DNA of 64,000 nt. Origin: Vicugna vicugna. Its lineage: Eukaryota. Below are positions 13,207-26,700 of the stretch, piece by piece (position 1 is the first letter of the stretch; each line of letters starts with the position of its first letter). The notes under the pieces were generated by a model. That model saw nothing but the letters and a program-made list of their open reading frames with translations, was not told the origin of the DNA and searched no databases. A program made the translations under genes and the position numbers. The stretch covers positions 1,190,335-1,254,334 of the forward strand of contig MU057521.1 of assembly GCA_013265495.1 (NCBI GenBank). Reading direction: 5' to 3'.

Positions 13207-15031
13207 CTGAGAAGGAAATTTGGGAGAAAAAATTTAATGATCTTTTAAACTGTCACAAAATATAAAAGAATCACTTAAATATTTCTGTGAGCAACCAGAA
13301 TTTGTCATAAAGCATTTTGAATTATGATGAGGAAGAGAAAGATGGGAGGAATAATTAACATTTGTTTTCTGTGCCATGGACCAAGGTTTGTACTTTAACA
13401 TATGCAATTGCTTTTTGTTCTCGCAATAACATATTCTAACTTTACAAATACACTACAAGTGAGTTAATTAACCTGAGAAAGTCACAGTGCTAATTCATAA
13501 ACAATAGCACAAAAGTAAACACCAAAGTTTTGTCTCTCTGTAAGGGTTAAACTATTAAAGAATTTGTGCATCTTAGTATGGTACAATCTAAAACAGATGA
13601 CATCATTTGTTTTGCACAATTCTCTAACTAAGAAGAAAATTCAAATATTTCAATTATTTTAGTCATAAAATATGTGCATTTTTTTCAATATAAAGGAAAA
13701 AATATTGCTTATTGCCAAGTAGTTTGAAAGGGTCAACAAATATATTAATCTTCTATATATGTAAAATTTTTATTATGAATCTAATCATTTTAGTCAATTT
13801 CTGAGTTAGATAAGGGCTCTTACAGGTCATAAGGAAGAGATATAACAAAATAAGGACAATCTCTTATAACATCAGCTCAGCTATAATGATATTATTCCAC
13901 TGCTCAGCCATTCTGATTCTCAGATTGTAAGCAAAAATCTGAGTGGGTCTGTAGGTTACCATAAGAAATGGAACATTCCTATTGCATTGTCTCCAATTCT
14001 GGCATAGGTCCTGTCCTACCAATTATAGCCAGAAGTAGGAAGGTAAGTTTGGTAAGTCATAGCAACTAAATACAGTCTCACTACCACCAGTCCCCCCAAA
14101 AGCTTAACTGCTTTCCAAAGAAGGGAGCATATAAAAAATGGTAAGCAGTATGAGTTTTCCGACCTGCCCTACATAATAATGTCCTATGAATATTGTACAG
14201 AAAATTCTGAATATTTATTTTGCTTTCATGACATATAATAATCTTCAACAATTTCAATTATTACAATTACACCCATGGCTAAGTGTAATGTTACATCTTT
14301 TCATTAGGTGAAATGACCATAATGCTCCCACTTACAAAGCATTTAATGACATAAAATTCAAATGGACTCCAAATGATTTTTTAAAATAATGTAAATGGAT
14401 TTTCTAATCAAGAGATGTTCTAATGCTTGCAGATTCATGCACAGAAACAAATACAACAAATCCAAATGGCATGATCTTGAATACATGAAAATAGGAGTTA
14501 TAAATATGAATTTTAACATTTAAATCTTTACACGAACATCTACTAACTTAATGGCAACCTATCAAAGTAAAAAGAAACAGATATCAACACCCTCATCATA
14601 ATCAGGAGTTAGTATCATAAGAAGCATTTTGCAAAATGTTTCACATGAATTATCTTATTTAATCCCCCAAAACAAACCTATGAGATAGAAATTATTATTA
14701 TTACCACATTTTACAAAAAGGAAAACTGAAATTCAGAGAAGTTATCTAACTTATCCAAAATTAAAAAAGCTGTTAGATATTAGAGCCATATACCATGTCA
14801 TCGAATCCAAGGTACCAAAAACTGTATAATGTACAACATCTCAAGTACAACTAAGGAAAAAATCAAACTGACATGTCTATCCACTGCAATACCCATCCTT
14901 ATTTCAGAGCTGTTAAATATGAAAAACATGTATTTCAAAATCAATAAAATATAGTAAGTAATATATTTTAAATTACCATATTGATTTATTACCTATTCAG
15001 CATCAGAATTAATATAATCAATGACTCCTAC

Positions 15032-15130
15032 CTTTGGCAAACATAGCCAAGATATCTGCGCTTCCCCAGCTCCATGTGTACTTGGTTTCATTAATAAGAG
15101 AATCAAATTCTACAGGATTTTCCTTCCATC
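15032..15130 (-). CDS. PIGN: PIGN coding exon 3 (99 nt)
   Basis: [33 protein letters not shown]; acceptor tacttgaag, donor AAG|GTAGGA. Confidence 0.97.
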
Positions 15131-15585
15131 CTTCAAGTAATTGAGAAAAAAAAGTAAACAATAACAATAGTAATAATACATGGTGAAGTATTAGTATAGC
15201 CTCTAAAGAAGTATTCTTCAAATAATGACAATGAAGATTAATTTCAGAACAAATGCAAATCTAATAAAAGATTTCATTACATGTATTATACCACAATTCT
15301 TTTTTAAAAAGTTTACAACAGATAATTTACTTCTTACTAAAATATGGAATCACGTTCAAACTTTTGAGAGTTAACATCGAGGAAAACCATGGATCCATCC
15401 AATCATATTCTTTCAATAGCACAGGATGACAAAAGACTAAAGCTAAATTTTTGAATCAATCCCAGTGTGTGTTTCTGTGAGTTAGACATGCTAAAACACT
15501 TGTCAAAAGTATCTCAAATTAGACTTCACTTTATGTTATGATTCAGTGTTAAAGAGGCAGTATTTATGCAAAAAAGTTTTCATTA

Positions 15586-15765
<180 letters not shown>

Positions 15766-15859
15766 CTATGATCAAATGCTCTGTTAAGGCTTTAGGAAAA
15801 CATTATTACAGAAGGAATGCAATCAAAAGAGTCAGCCAAAATTTAAGAAGGAATCTTTC

Positions 15860-16038
15860 TGATCCCAGCTGAGCCTAGTCTGAGACCTCTCATCCGTTCG
15901 ATTCAGCAGCATAAGTGAGCCCAGGTGAAACAAAGAACCACCCAACCACTCCACCGAATCCTGAGATAAAATACATTATTATTGTCTTAAGCCACAAAAT
16001 ATTGAAATGGTTTGTTACATAGGAAATAACTGATATAC
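15860..16038 (+). mobile_element. MLT1-like LTR 3' part
   Basis: cccagctgagcctag...ttgtcttaagccac...ggtttgttacataggaaataactgata. Confidence 0.65.
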
Positions 16039-16867
16039 ACAATACTATTTTGTCAGTTTAAATGTTATTAGGTGTGATGATGGTATTACGGTCATGTCAA
16101 AGAAAGTCCTTGTTTTTCAGAGATACACATTGAAGTGTTTAGGGGTGAAGTGTCATCATATCTTGCTTTCCAATTATTCAGGAAAAAAATTATTAAAAGT
16201 TTAACTGTGTGTGTGTATGTTTGTGTATTGAGAGAGAGAATGCAAATATAAAAAAGTTTAAAATGGTTATATCTAAATCAAGGATATACAGATGTTCATG
16301 GTATAATCCTTCTGACTTTTCCATAGTTTAACTTGAGTTTTCATCTCTCCACAACAGCATTAGGAAGGGCTTTTGAGGGGCTTGCCACAAATTAGAAAAA
16401 GAACAGTTGATTGCAGGAGCCCCATAAGTTCAAAAAATTAAACATTTCTTTTCAAAGCCAACAGAATTCAAAATTACATTGCATAGTGATATAGACTTGG
16501 AAGGGCTTTACATATTTTATAGATGTATTCTGAGTTGAAGTCTTTATTTTCTAGTTAAACACCATTGTAATTGGCAATTCAATAATATTTATGCTTGTCC
16601 TTACATATAAATTTAACAGTCTTATTTTATTAAAAAAAAAGCTAATATAGTGAGCTGTAACGCAGGTTTCAGAAATTAGGACAAGTTAGGCCAGCAGCTA
16701 AGGTTATTCATTTCAATTCATCTGATTTCAACTTCTACAGGACGAGAAATAACTCATAGAAGGAAATAAACCCGCTGATCTCTAAGACAAAGGCAAATGT
16801 ACATGTGCCCTATTCTCTTTCTCATCATCCCCCCTCTACCTAACGTGAGGTAAACAGTATTAGGATA

Positions 16868-17021
16868 GAGGGGAGGGTATAGCTCAGTGATAGAGTGCAT
16901 GCTTAGCACGCGCAAGGTCCTAGGTTCAATCCCCAGTTCCTCTGTCTAGATAAATAATCTCCAGTACCTCTGTCTAAATAAATAAACCTAGTTACCTTTT
17001 CCCCACATTAAAAAAAAAAAA
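16868..17021 (+). mobile_element. tRNA-derived SINE, camelid Vic-1 type, with an internal ~28-nt duplication
   Basis: ggggagggtatagctcagtgatagagtgcatgcttagc...ggttcaatccccag; poly(A) tail; TSD aggata at 16862-16867 and 17022-17027. Confidence 0.9.
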
Positions 17022-17068
17022 AGGATAATATTTTCCAGAGATATCGTCATACCAGTTGAGATGCTTAC

Positions 17069-17289
17069 CTAATAAATGGTGCCCTAGGATTTCCATTTTC
17101 ACCTAATTCATAAAGTTTATCTGCTCGCAGGCCATCAGCAACAAACAGCACTAATCTTTTTGCTGGGGGAGGCAATGGCGTAAACTGAGGGGTCATTCCA
17201 TGAACCAAAGGAGATGTAAAATAAATGTCAAAGATGGAGGCGAAGAACATAAAATGTACGAGCAATCCCAAAATAATGTACAGCAGCAT
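17069..17289 (-). CDS. PIGN: PIGN (GPI ethanolamine phosphate transferase 1) first coding exon, 221 coding nt; exon acceptor at 17320
   Basis: Translates [74 protein letters not shown], the N-terminal TM segment plus the [12 protein letters not shown] motif of PIGN/Mcd4. In-frame TAA 15 nt upstream of the ATG; acceptor ctcttttcag; donor AG|GTAAGC. Confidence 0.98.
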
Positions 17290-18184
17290 ATCCAGTGTAA
17301 CTAATTAATCTTCAGGAAAACTGAAAAGAGGGAACAAAATTAAATTTGGGTAAGCCTTAATGCGATCATATATATTTTCACTTATTTTGATGACTACATA
17401 TGGACTGAATAAATATTTTAAAGCATTACATAATCCACAACTTAACCTTCATTTATAGTGGTGACAATAAGAATTATTTAATAATGAGATAATACAGAAA
17501 TAAAATATATGATAAAGTACACTCAAGCAAAAAGAAAAAGTTCAAATATAACAAGTAATTAGAACCAATAAACTATAATAAATTTAAGCACATACTAAGC
17601 TTATAAAAACTAACATAGAATCAAAAAACAAAGAAAGATTTAAATGAGTCAGGGTTCAGTCAAATCATGTAAAAAATAAAAAACATATATATATATATAT
17701 AAAAAACTCATAGTGCTCTTTGGTTACCCATGGGACAACCATTGATATTCTCAGAATTTACCATTATCTAAATGTGCTTTTTTTTTTTTATTTTTGGTTA
17801 TCAGCTTAGGAGAGTTCTAGCTTCTTTTGACTGTCACCAAGTTGAACAGACAACATGTATTTTGTCCATACAGTAGAATTATAGGAAGGGGAAAGTAGTT
17901 AAATTTTCCATGTTTCAAAAGATTTACATTAGGGAACTGTTAATCTTAGTTCCCTGAACCAATACAAAAAAGCACAGGGTTAAATTCGTTCATTCAGTAA
18001 AAACGTTCTATGCACATTTCAAGCGTGTAATTGTGTGCCAGGGTACTACAGGAACCATCAAAATGATACAGTCACAAATATGATGAGCTTACAAATACTT
18101 AGGGAATGAAAACTAAGCAATGTAAAACATTTAAATATCATAGTTAAAGTATTCTATTAACTGCCAAAATCAATGAGAGTCCAC

Positions 18185-18318
18185 ATGGCAGTGCTTTTCA
18201 AGCCAATCTGTAATTTGCTTTTGTTGGTGAATCTCCCCCCAGATTAAAACAACAACAAAATACTTTAACTTGTCCTTCTTGTAATGTAACTGCATTAGTT
18301 ACACATAGTGATCCTCAG
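18185..18318 (-). other. Candidate PIGN 5'UTR exon
   Basis: Good acceptor ggtgtttttcag at 18319; donor uncertain (CAT|GTGGAC is weak). Confidence 0.2.
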
Positions 18319-19495
18319 CTGAAAAACACCAAGATGAGTTAATTTAATTACAGATATATCTTATTCTTTCTGGCCTGAAAAATTACATTATGAAAGGAAA
18401 GCGTGGCAAAAAACTGAAACACTGGGTAAAAAAAATCTTGCCAAAATCAAGCATATCATAAAATAATAAAATAAAATAGAGCAAATAGTTAAATTATGGG
18501 CTACTTTTTTCCTGGGAGACTCGAGAGTCAACTAAATATCAAAGATATTCCACAAATTATTAAAAATCCCTTACTGAGTAGATGTTATTTTGTAATCTAA
18601 GGCAACACCCTCAGAATATGTATTCTCCTTTTTCTGATATATATATATTACATATATATATGTGCTTCAACTACACAGCAAACACCATCTTAATAATGGC
18701 AATCTGAATATAAAATAGTATCACTGAGGTAAGTCTAGATATATAGAAAAATTACCTATAATTCTACTATCTAAAGAAAAATCTGTTAATAGTTTCTTCT
18801 AATTTTTATCCCTTCTACATTTTCACAGAGGCTCACAATTTTATTTAGATTTTTTTCCTTTATTACACATTAACATTTCCCATTAAAAAAAAACCCACCC
18901 CAGCTTTTCCTACACATCATTTACTATTACCACACTCTCTTCTATCTCATCTTAAATTTCCTGATCACCCCCATATTGTTAAGCACTGAGGGTTTTTGCA
19001 AGTTTTCATTATTATAAGTGTCAATGTGATTAATCTAAATTTATATGTAATTTTATGTAAACTTTTCAGACACTTCACATTATATGCTTAAGATACTTGT
19101 AAGTACAATCACTGAATCAAAGGCTATGCACATCTTTAAGGCTCCTAATATACTACATATGGAAACAAGTTTTTCAGTTGAATACTAATTCTGCTAATGA
19201 TAAATTAACTTAGACACTTGAAATACATTTTTCTCTTGTTTATCTCACAAGCCCTCCTCAAGAAAAAGCCACCACTTCAAATACACACAGTATAACAAAC
19301 TACATTTGAAGAATTAAAAAGGAGACATTGAACAGAATATTCTAAACGTCAAGATTTCAAACATAGAAATTATCATTAATATCAGTGTTTCATGAGAGGC
19401 GGGTATGGTCGGCTTTGTCAGATACACTCAAAGACTGGAGTAAGAGCAGGGCAGCAAAGAGTGATTCTGCGGCTGTTAGTTCTTGTTAACCTTAC

Positions 19496-19584
19496 TGAGA
19501 AAGTTCAACAGAGTAGTGGGAGGTAAGCCCCATTAAAGTGCTCCTTTGAAAGTGAATGGGAAGCAGAGGGAAGAATACAGCTCT
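19496..19584 (-). other. Candidate PIGN 5'UTR exon within an L2-like relic
   Basis: Acceptor cattctcccag at 19585 and donor TCA|GTAAGG at 19495; splice signals only. Confidence 0.25.
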
Positions 19585-20069
19585 CTGGGAGAATGCTAAC
19601 TCCCAGAGGGAAAGTTCTTTCCTTAAACGAAAATTGATGTAGGGCCAATAAAGGCTTTTCCTTGGCTAGGAAATACTAGATTTATGTTCTGAAGAATGAC
19701 AGAATAGAGAAAGAAATGAATGCTGCAGCAGAAAGCTGGAGTAACTGCAGGAGTTAAAAATCTTTGTGAAAGCAAGAAGAGCTGGAACCTGGAGCACAGC
19801 AGAGAAGCTGGCCCACGCCTGGTGTGCCTGCGACCTCCTGCCTCGGGCACTAGAAGTCTTGCATCCAGGGAAACTTCACAGTTCCTTACAAACTACCTCT
19901 GGGCTCTTTAGTTGGCTCTTCCCATAGCAGGCTTCTCACCTTTCATACCATCTTCTCAAAAGTAGGCTCCTCAAGGTTTCTCTACCACCCAGAAGTAGAC
20001 TCCTCCCTATCATTTCCCTTGATTTAAACAATCATATATTCTGTATCTGTTGTTGAAATGGCACCTATT

Positions 20070-20680
20070 TAAACATTTTTCAATCAACTTTATTAAAGTA
20101 TAACTTATAGACAAAAATGGACATTTTGTTTCATTAGTTTTGAGAAATATATGCACTCACATAACCAACCACCTCAGAATCAAGATATAGAATATTTTTA
20201 TCATTCCAAGAAGCTCCCCCATGTCCCTCTTCAGTCAATCCCTGTCCCCATAGCTCTGACCATAAGCAATCACTGCCTTCTGTGATTCAAGATTAATTTT
20301 TAGCATTCTAGATTGTCACTGAGATGGAATCATGCGGTATGTACTTTATTGTATCCACTTACATTCAGTGTAACATTTTTGAGATTCATGCATGTTTGTG
20401 ATTTAGTTGTTTGTTCCCTTTTAAAACTGAGAAGGACCTATCGTATGGCAGTACAACAAGTTGTTCATATTAACCTCTTGATGGATATGTGAATTGTTTC
20501 CAGTTCTTGGCTATTATAAATAAAGCTTCTGTGAACAGTAAAGGTACAAGACTTTGCGTATATATGCTTTTAATTTCTCTTGAATAAATATGCAGAATTG
20601 GAATTGCTGGGTTAAATGGTAAGCAGATGTTTAAATGTGTAAAAAGAACTGCCCAAATTTTTCCAAACTGTTTAACACAC
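20070..20680 (-). mobile_element. Old L1 3' end (L1MB/MC-like)
   Basis: tttccagttcttggctattataaataaagcttctgtgaaca...gaattgctgggttaaatggtaag. Confidence 0.75.
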
Positions 20681-21149
20681 CTAAAAGTAATGTCTTTTGT
20701 TAAGTGTTTTTAAAACTTTATTTTACTGACAATCTATAATTTTGCTATAAATGCCATTTGATTTAACTTGGCTTTTATTGTAAGTATAATGTGCTTTATA
20801 ATTGTTAATACATTGCATACAGTGTTTCTCCCACTGTAAGTGTACCCAGTTATAATACTTGCTACTATTGACTGAATGCCTAACTCTGCATTAGATCCTG
20901 GGCTTGAGGACTTCACTTAACATTATTTGCTCTAATCCCCAGAATTTGCCTTGTAAATGAACTATGAGAATCCCCATTTTCACAGGAGGGGACTGACTGT
21001 CATGGGGACTAAGTGATGCTCCAAAGACCACATGGGGGAAAGAGCCGAGATCTGAAACCAGAGTCACATCACTGGAGAGCTCAAGCTTTTTTGAACACGT
21101 TTTCAGATGATCAGTATGTCCAGACCTGATCTCAGTTATGTTTCCTTGA

Positions 21150-21425
21150 GAGACAGGATGGCCTAATGGTAGAGTGCATACCCTAGCAGTTCACTGCCAG
21201 GATTCAAATCCTGCCTTTTCTGCATACCAGAAGTATTGGTGCAGGCAGGTTATTTAACTTCTTGGCACCTAAGTTTCCTCATCAGTAAAATGGAGATAAT
21301 AATGGTACCTACCACCTTGGGTTGCTATTACAATTGAGTTGATAGGTGTAAAATAAATTTGCAGAAGAGTGCCTACCACATAGTCAGTGGTATTAAGTAT
21401 TAGCTGTTATTATTATTATTATTAT
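21150..21425 (+). mobile_element. MIR SINE
   Basis: ggattcaaatcctgcc...aagtttcctcatcagtaaaatggagataataat core, with a (TTA)n tail. Confidence 0.8.
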
Positions 21426-22009
21426 TGATGTACATGAAGTTGAATTCATCGTGTGAGAAAAATTTGGTGGCCCTCCTTGTTGGGGTTTAAAAATCTAATC
21501 TAATGGATCTAAACTTCTTGATTAGAGAATCAAATCCCAAACTCTGTTTTATACCAAAGCATCAACTTAAGCATTGTACAGTGACTAGCATAACTGACAT
21601 CATCTTGGGCACGTACAAGTCCTACTGTCATTCCACTGACCCTCCCTACTGTGTGGTCAGTTGCTTTTCTGTCATCAAGGGCTCAGTATTTAATAGACAC
21701 TGTTTAATAATCATAGGATCCGGTGGCTTATATGCTCTGTTAACCTCCAAACAAGGATGAAGACCTTCGATGACATATTCCTGGAGCCAGTGAGACCAGC
21801 CATCCATTCATAAATCTTGACTTAGGAAAGCACTTCCTGTTTCCAAGCACTACCCAAGTACACTAGGTAATTATATAACTGGCCCCTAGGCAGTACACAG
21901 CGCAGCTGTAAATGCCTCCAGGTCTGTGTCTACCAAATCCCATCCTGTGAGTAAGTTACCCTGTAGTAAACTGATCCATTGTATCACCCTTTATGTACCT
22001 CTAGTGGGA

Positions 22010-23765
22010 CTGTGGTGGTAACCTACTGTGATTTTAATTCACATTTCCCTGATGACTAATAATGTTGAGCAACTTTTCATATGTTTAATGGACTTTTTTT
22101 ATCCTCTTTTTTTTTCATTTTTTAACAGTGTTTTTCAAAGAATGGTACTTTTAAATTTTGATTAAGTTCAATTAATTTTTCTTTTGGCTGTTGTATTTCA
22201 TCTCTCATCTAAGGAATTTCTGTGATAGCATTTCTTTGTATAGGTTTTTAGTACTTTTTTATTTGAAAATAATTTCAAACTTAGAGAAAGTTGCAACATT
22301 TTTCTCACTTGCTTTATCATTTTCTCTCTCTTGCCTTTCCGGTCCCTGCCTCATCTCTTTAACTTACCTCTTCTGTGTGTGTGTGTGTGTGTATGTAGCG
22401 TGTGTGTGTGTGTAGTGTGCGTGTGTGTGTGTGTGTGTGTGTGTAAAACCACTTAATATTGTTTCTGAACCATCTGAAGGTAAGGTACATACACTATTCT
22501 CTTTATGCTTAGTGTTTATTTCCTAAGAATAGCGATACTCCCTTACATACCTACAGCAGACTTACCACCTTCAGCAAACTGAATATCAGTGTTTTATCTA
22601 CCATCTATACTCCAAATTTTTGAAGTGCTCCAATAATGTTCTTCATAGCATTTTTGTAGCTTTATTGAGACATAATTGGCCTATAAAAAGCTGTACATGT
22701 TTAAAGTGTATAATGATTACAGTCAAGACAGTGAACATACCCATAACCCTCAAGTTTTCTCATGTCTCTGTGAGCCATCGTAAGGGTATTTCATTTTTTG
22801 ATATTATTGTAAGTGGTAGTTTTAATTTCGATTCCCCCTTGTTAGTTCTTAAATTACCACTGATTTTGTTATATACACTTTGTATCCTGCAATATGGAAA
22901 AGTTGTAATAGTAGCTTTTATGTAGATGTGTTTTGATTTTCTAAAGACATAATTACATCACCTGTGAATAAAAGACTTCTTCATTGTCAATCTCTACATT
23001 TCTTATGTGTCATGCTTGTTGTACTGTCTAGGACTTCCAGTGGGATGTTGAATAAAAGTGGTAACAACAGAAATTCTTGTCTTGTTTCCAATCGTAGGGT
23101 GAAAGTTGTCAGTTTTTCAGGTTTTTGTAGATTTCCTTTCTAAAGTTAAAGAAGGTCCTTTTTACTCCCTATACGCTAGGAATTTTAAACCATGAATGGA
23201 TATTGGATTTTGTCAAATGCTTTCATTGCATCTACTGAGATGATCATGATCATGTGTTTTTTCTTAGTCTCCCAATGTGGTGACTTACACTGAATTTCAA
23301 ATGTTAAACAAAGCTTGCATTCCCAGAATAAAGCCTACTTAGAGTATTATCCTTTCTATATACTATTGGATTTTATTTGCTAAAATATTGTTTAGCATTT
23401 TAAAGTAATATTTATTAGAGACATTAGCCTATAATTTTCTTTTTTTGTAATGTCTTTGTCTAGTTTTGGTATCAGACAATGCACTGGGAAGTGTTGCTAC
23501 CTCCTATTTTTTGGAAGAGTTTGTGTAGAATTTGTATTATTTCTTTCTTTATTGTATAACAATTCAATGAAACCATTGGCTTGGAGTTTTCCTTGTGGTA
23601 AGATTTTTAACTAAATTTAATTTCTTCATATAGAGAGAGATATTCAGATTATTTACAACTTGCTGAGTGAGTTTTGGTAGTTTTATCTTTTAAGTAGTTT
23701 GTCCACTTGTCCATTTCACCCAAATTGTCAAATGCATTGTTTTAAAATTATTCATAATATTTTAT
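22010..23765 (-). mobile_element. Nested, degraded L1M fragments
   Basis: Antisense ORF2-like phrases (attggattttgtcaaatgctttcattgcatctactgagatgatcat); interrupted by (TG)n and other fragments. Confidence 0.7.
22373..22444 (+). repeat. Interrupted (TG)n microsatellite
   Basis: Read directly. Confidence 0.95.
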
Positions 23766-26700
23766 TCACTTATAATCCTTTTTCCCATCCTCTAGTTCAG
23801 GACCCTGTCTATCAGGCATCATATTTAGTTATCCACAGTAAGTCATTTTTCCAGTACTTAATTCATTTCAGTTAGATCTTGAACTCCCTTCATAACTGAA
23901 GTACATATGGTATACATCTAGATGTACAGAAGCTAACAATGATTTAAGTATCTCCTCTTTACAACGGAAACCTCAATACTCTCCTTATCATGCTTATAAA
24001 TGAGCAAACATCTATATCATTTCTCACTTTTATTTGCATTTACAAATAACTCCCTGGACTTAACGTTCTCTCTTTTCCCTATTGCTATTACACAACTTTT
24101 CTGTATAAAGTATCAAAGTCTCGTGTGAAAGGATAATATAAATTTTCCACTACTCAAAAGCTTATTGAAGTAGTGAAACATTTTATTTGAGACCTTGAAG
24201 CTGTAAAAGCCAAAGTAAAAATCTAGCTCTGTTATATAGTAACAGTGGAATCCTAGTCAAGTCCCTCTCTTAGTTTACTTACCCATAAAAAAGGGCACCG
24301 TCAGCCCTATTCCATAATAGGGTATTGTGAGAAGTAAAGAGACACAGCACCATATAAACGTAAAGTATTAGCAATACTGTAAACCACCAGATGGTGAAGC
24401 AACTCAACTTTCATTTTTAAATCAAACTCTAAATAGGTGAGTTTACATTATTTTGAAAGAAAGCAATAGAAAAATAAAAGATATAGTTTCCTGCCAAATT
24501 GTGAATGAAGATTGAGACTTATTATCAATCCCCAAAATATAAAAAAATTCCATAAATAAAAAGGAATTTGACAACTCTATTTAATTTTTTAAAGGCAACT
24601 TGCTATTCTGGATGGGCTTGAAAGTCAGGCCTTTAGCAGATTCTGGCCTTAGATAAACTGAACTTCAGATTTGTCACCTATAAAATGCAGATAATACCAA
24701 CGAACTACAAAGGTGGTTGTGAGGATTGGAATGAATTTATGTCATATACCTGGCCCAACGCTTGGCACTCAGTATATGGTAACACTTCAGTTGCTTCACT
24801 AGGATAAATTAAACATTATAAAACAAGGATAGTCATAATTTTCACTAAATTCTGCCAACTGAACCTCCTAATTAATTTTCTCACTCCCTCCTCCTCTGCA
24901 ACAGGAATATATGGAAGAGGCAACAAATAAGCTAAAAAGCTAAAAAGCTTCCCGTAATTTCTCCCTTGAAACCCTCCAAACCAGAAGCCAAAACCTTTCC
25001 TTCAGTTTATAATTATACAGCTCTGTCTTTGACTGTTTGTATTAATGTTTGTCTCTATCACTTAACCCTGTTTCCATGTCAGCAAGACGGGGCTTCTCCA
25101 GCACTCATCACAATCCTAGGCACTTAGTAAGGACTCAAATGTTTGCTGAATAAATTAATTAGATTATCATTTCAAAGGTATATGTAATATGTACTATAGC
25201 CACTGGAGGGTGCCTTGCTTTTCTATTTATTTCTCCAGAACATACAGATGAACTGTGAAGATTTAGGATACTTAAAAACAACAACTTTTACATTTAAGTC
25301 GTTTACTACAAATAAAACCACAGTGATTCCAAAATAACATCCTTCACATACTACTTATTTTATTATTGCCAAGCACATGTAATTAAGCAATATTATTACT
25401 TAATATTTCTCTTTTAAGAGATCACTTTTTATTCAGATTCAGTGAAAATGAAAACTTTGTCATATGGAAACCTCCAAAACAAATAACTATTAAAAATTTT
25501 TAAATATACATAACCATGTACTAACAAAAGTTATTTAGCCTATTCTTGTGAGATGTTTATCACACACTGAAAAACAATGTCAAAAAATTAGAGTGTATAA
25601 AAATATATTGAAAAATTAGATATTTATAAAAACCTTAAATAAACCAAAAACTTGCATTTAAAATATTACTTGTGGCTATTTTAAAGCTAGTAAAGCAAAA
25701 AAATAATTTTTTAAACACTACAATGACTGAAGTTCTTGAAAAAGAGCAATCTTTTACATTTTCATCACTAAGATACAAACTTCAATGACTGTTCTGATTG
25801 TGTGATGAAATATTAGCTGTAAAGATCTAGATTAATGCAAATCTTGTTAAGTAGAAAGAAAATTTCCTAAGAATATTAATAGCAAGTTATTATAAGTAGA
25901 GATGAGCAATTAAGAATATTCTAGTATGTGCTACTTCTTAAACATTTTAAGTTGATAATTAAACCTCTATGTATTGTGGAAAAGAAAAATACTTACTGAG
26001 AAGACTGGCCAGTTGATTTGTGAAGGGCTTGGAAGGTCACATAAACAAGTCCATAATTATAGGATATGAAGTCCAACCAGGAAACTATAGACGTGTTACA
26101 GCAAGTCAATCATGGAAGAACTTCCATATCCAATTTCTTACAACTCTGAGGAAACATATTTTAAACCTGTTTTCAACTTTCACTTTAGAAATAAGATCCT
26201 AAATTAGTTACCTATGGGGCCTGTTCACTTAATTGGTTTTTCTGGCTGTAGCTACTCAATGACCGACATTGGGTTTGTTTGCTTTATTTTTAAAAACCTA
26301 TCAAATATTCTGAATATATACTAATATTAGATGTTAATTGATAACCGACTATAATGACAATATTTATTGTGTTCTAGGTACCAGGCACCGTGACAAGCAC
26401 ATTCCTAATTCTGTGTACTTTCAGTACCCCCTTGACAGGTGAGGCAGAGATAAGATAAGTAATTTTTTAAAGTCTCACACCAAATAATTGGCAGAACTGG
26501 GGTATGAACTTTAGGCTCATCAACCTAATAAGCACAATCCTCTAAGGGAAGATCCTAAGTGCAAGGACACTAAATACAAAAGATTTCTAAAATTCCCCTT
26601 TACAGAGATAGAAATATTGCATAAAAACAATCCATTTCTAAGCATGCCCTTTCCATGTCATTCTCTAATCCCTCCCATTCCTCCATTCCAGAAATTGGTC

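Noticed and set aside
16868..16940. tRNA-like sequence with A and B boxes (also at 5750-5825 and 41110-41186)
   Set aside because: SINE heads with tails and TSDs, no complete cloverleaf; not tRNA genes.
21540..22010. GC-richer block ending gtaagttaccctgtagtaaact; similar unassigned blocks at 13820-14170 and 47600-48560
   Set aside because: Probably old LTR relics; family and boundaries cannot be supported without a search.
25991..26150. Possible PIGN 5'UTR exon (donor TCA|GTAAGT at 25996, acceptor near 26146)
   Set aside because: Splice-like signals only, with several equally plausible acceptors.
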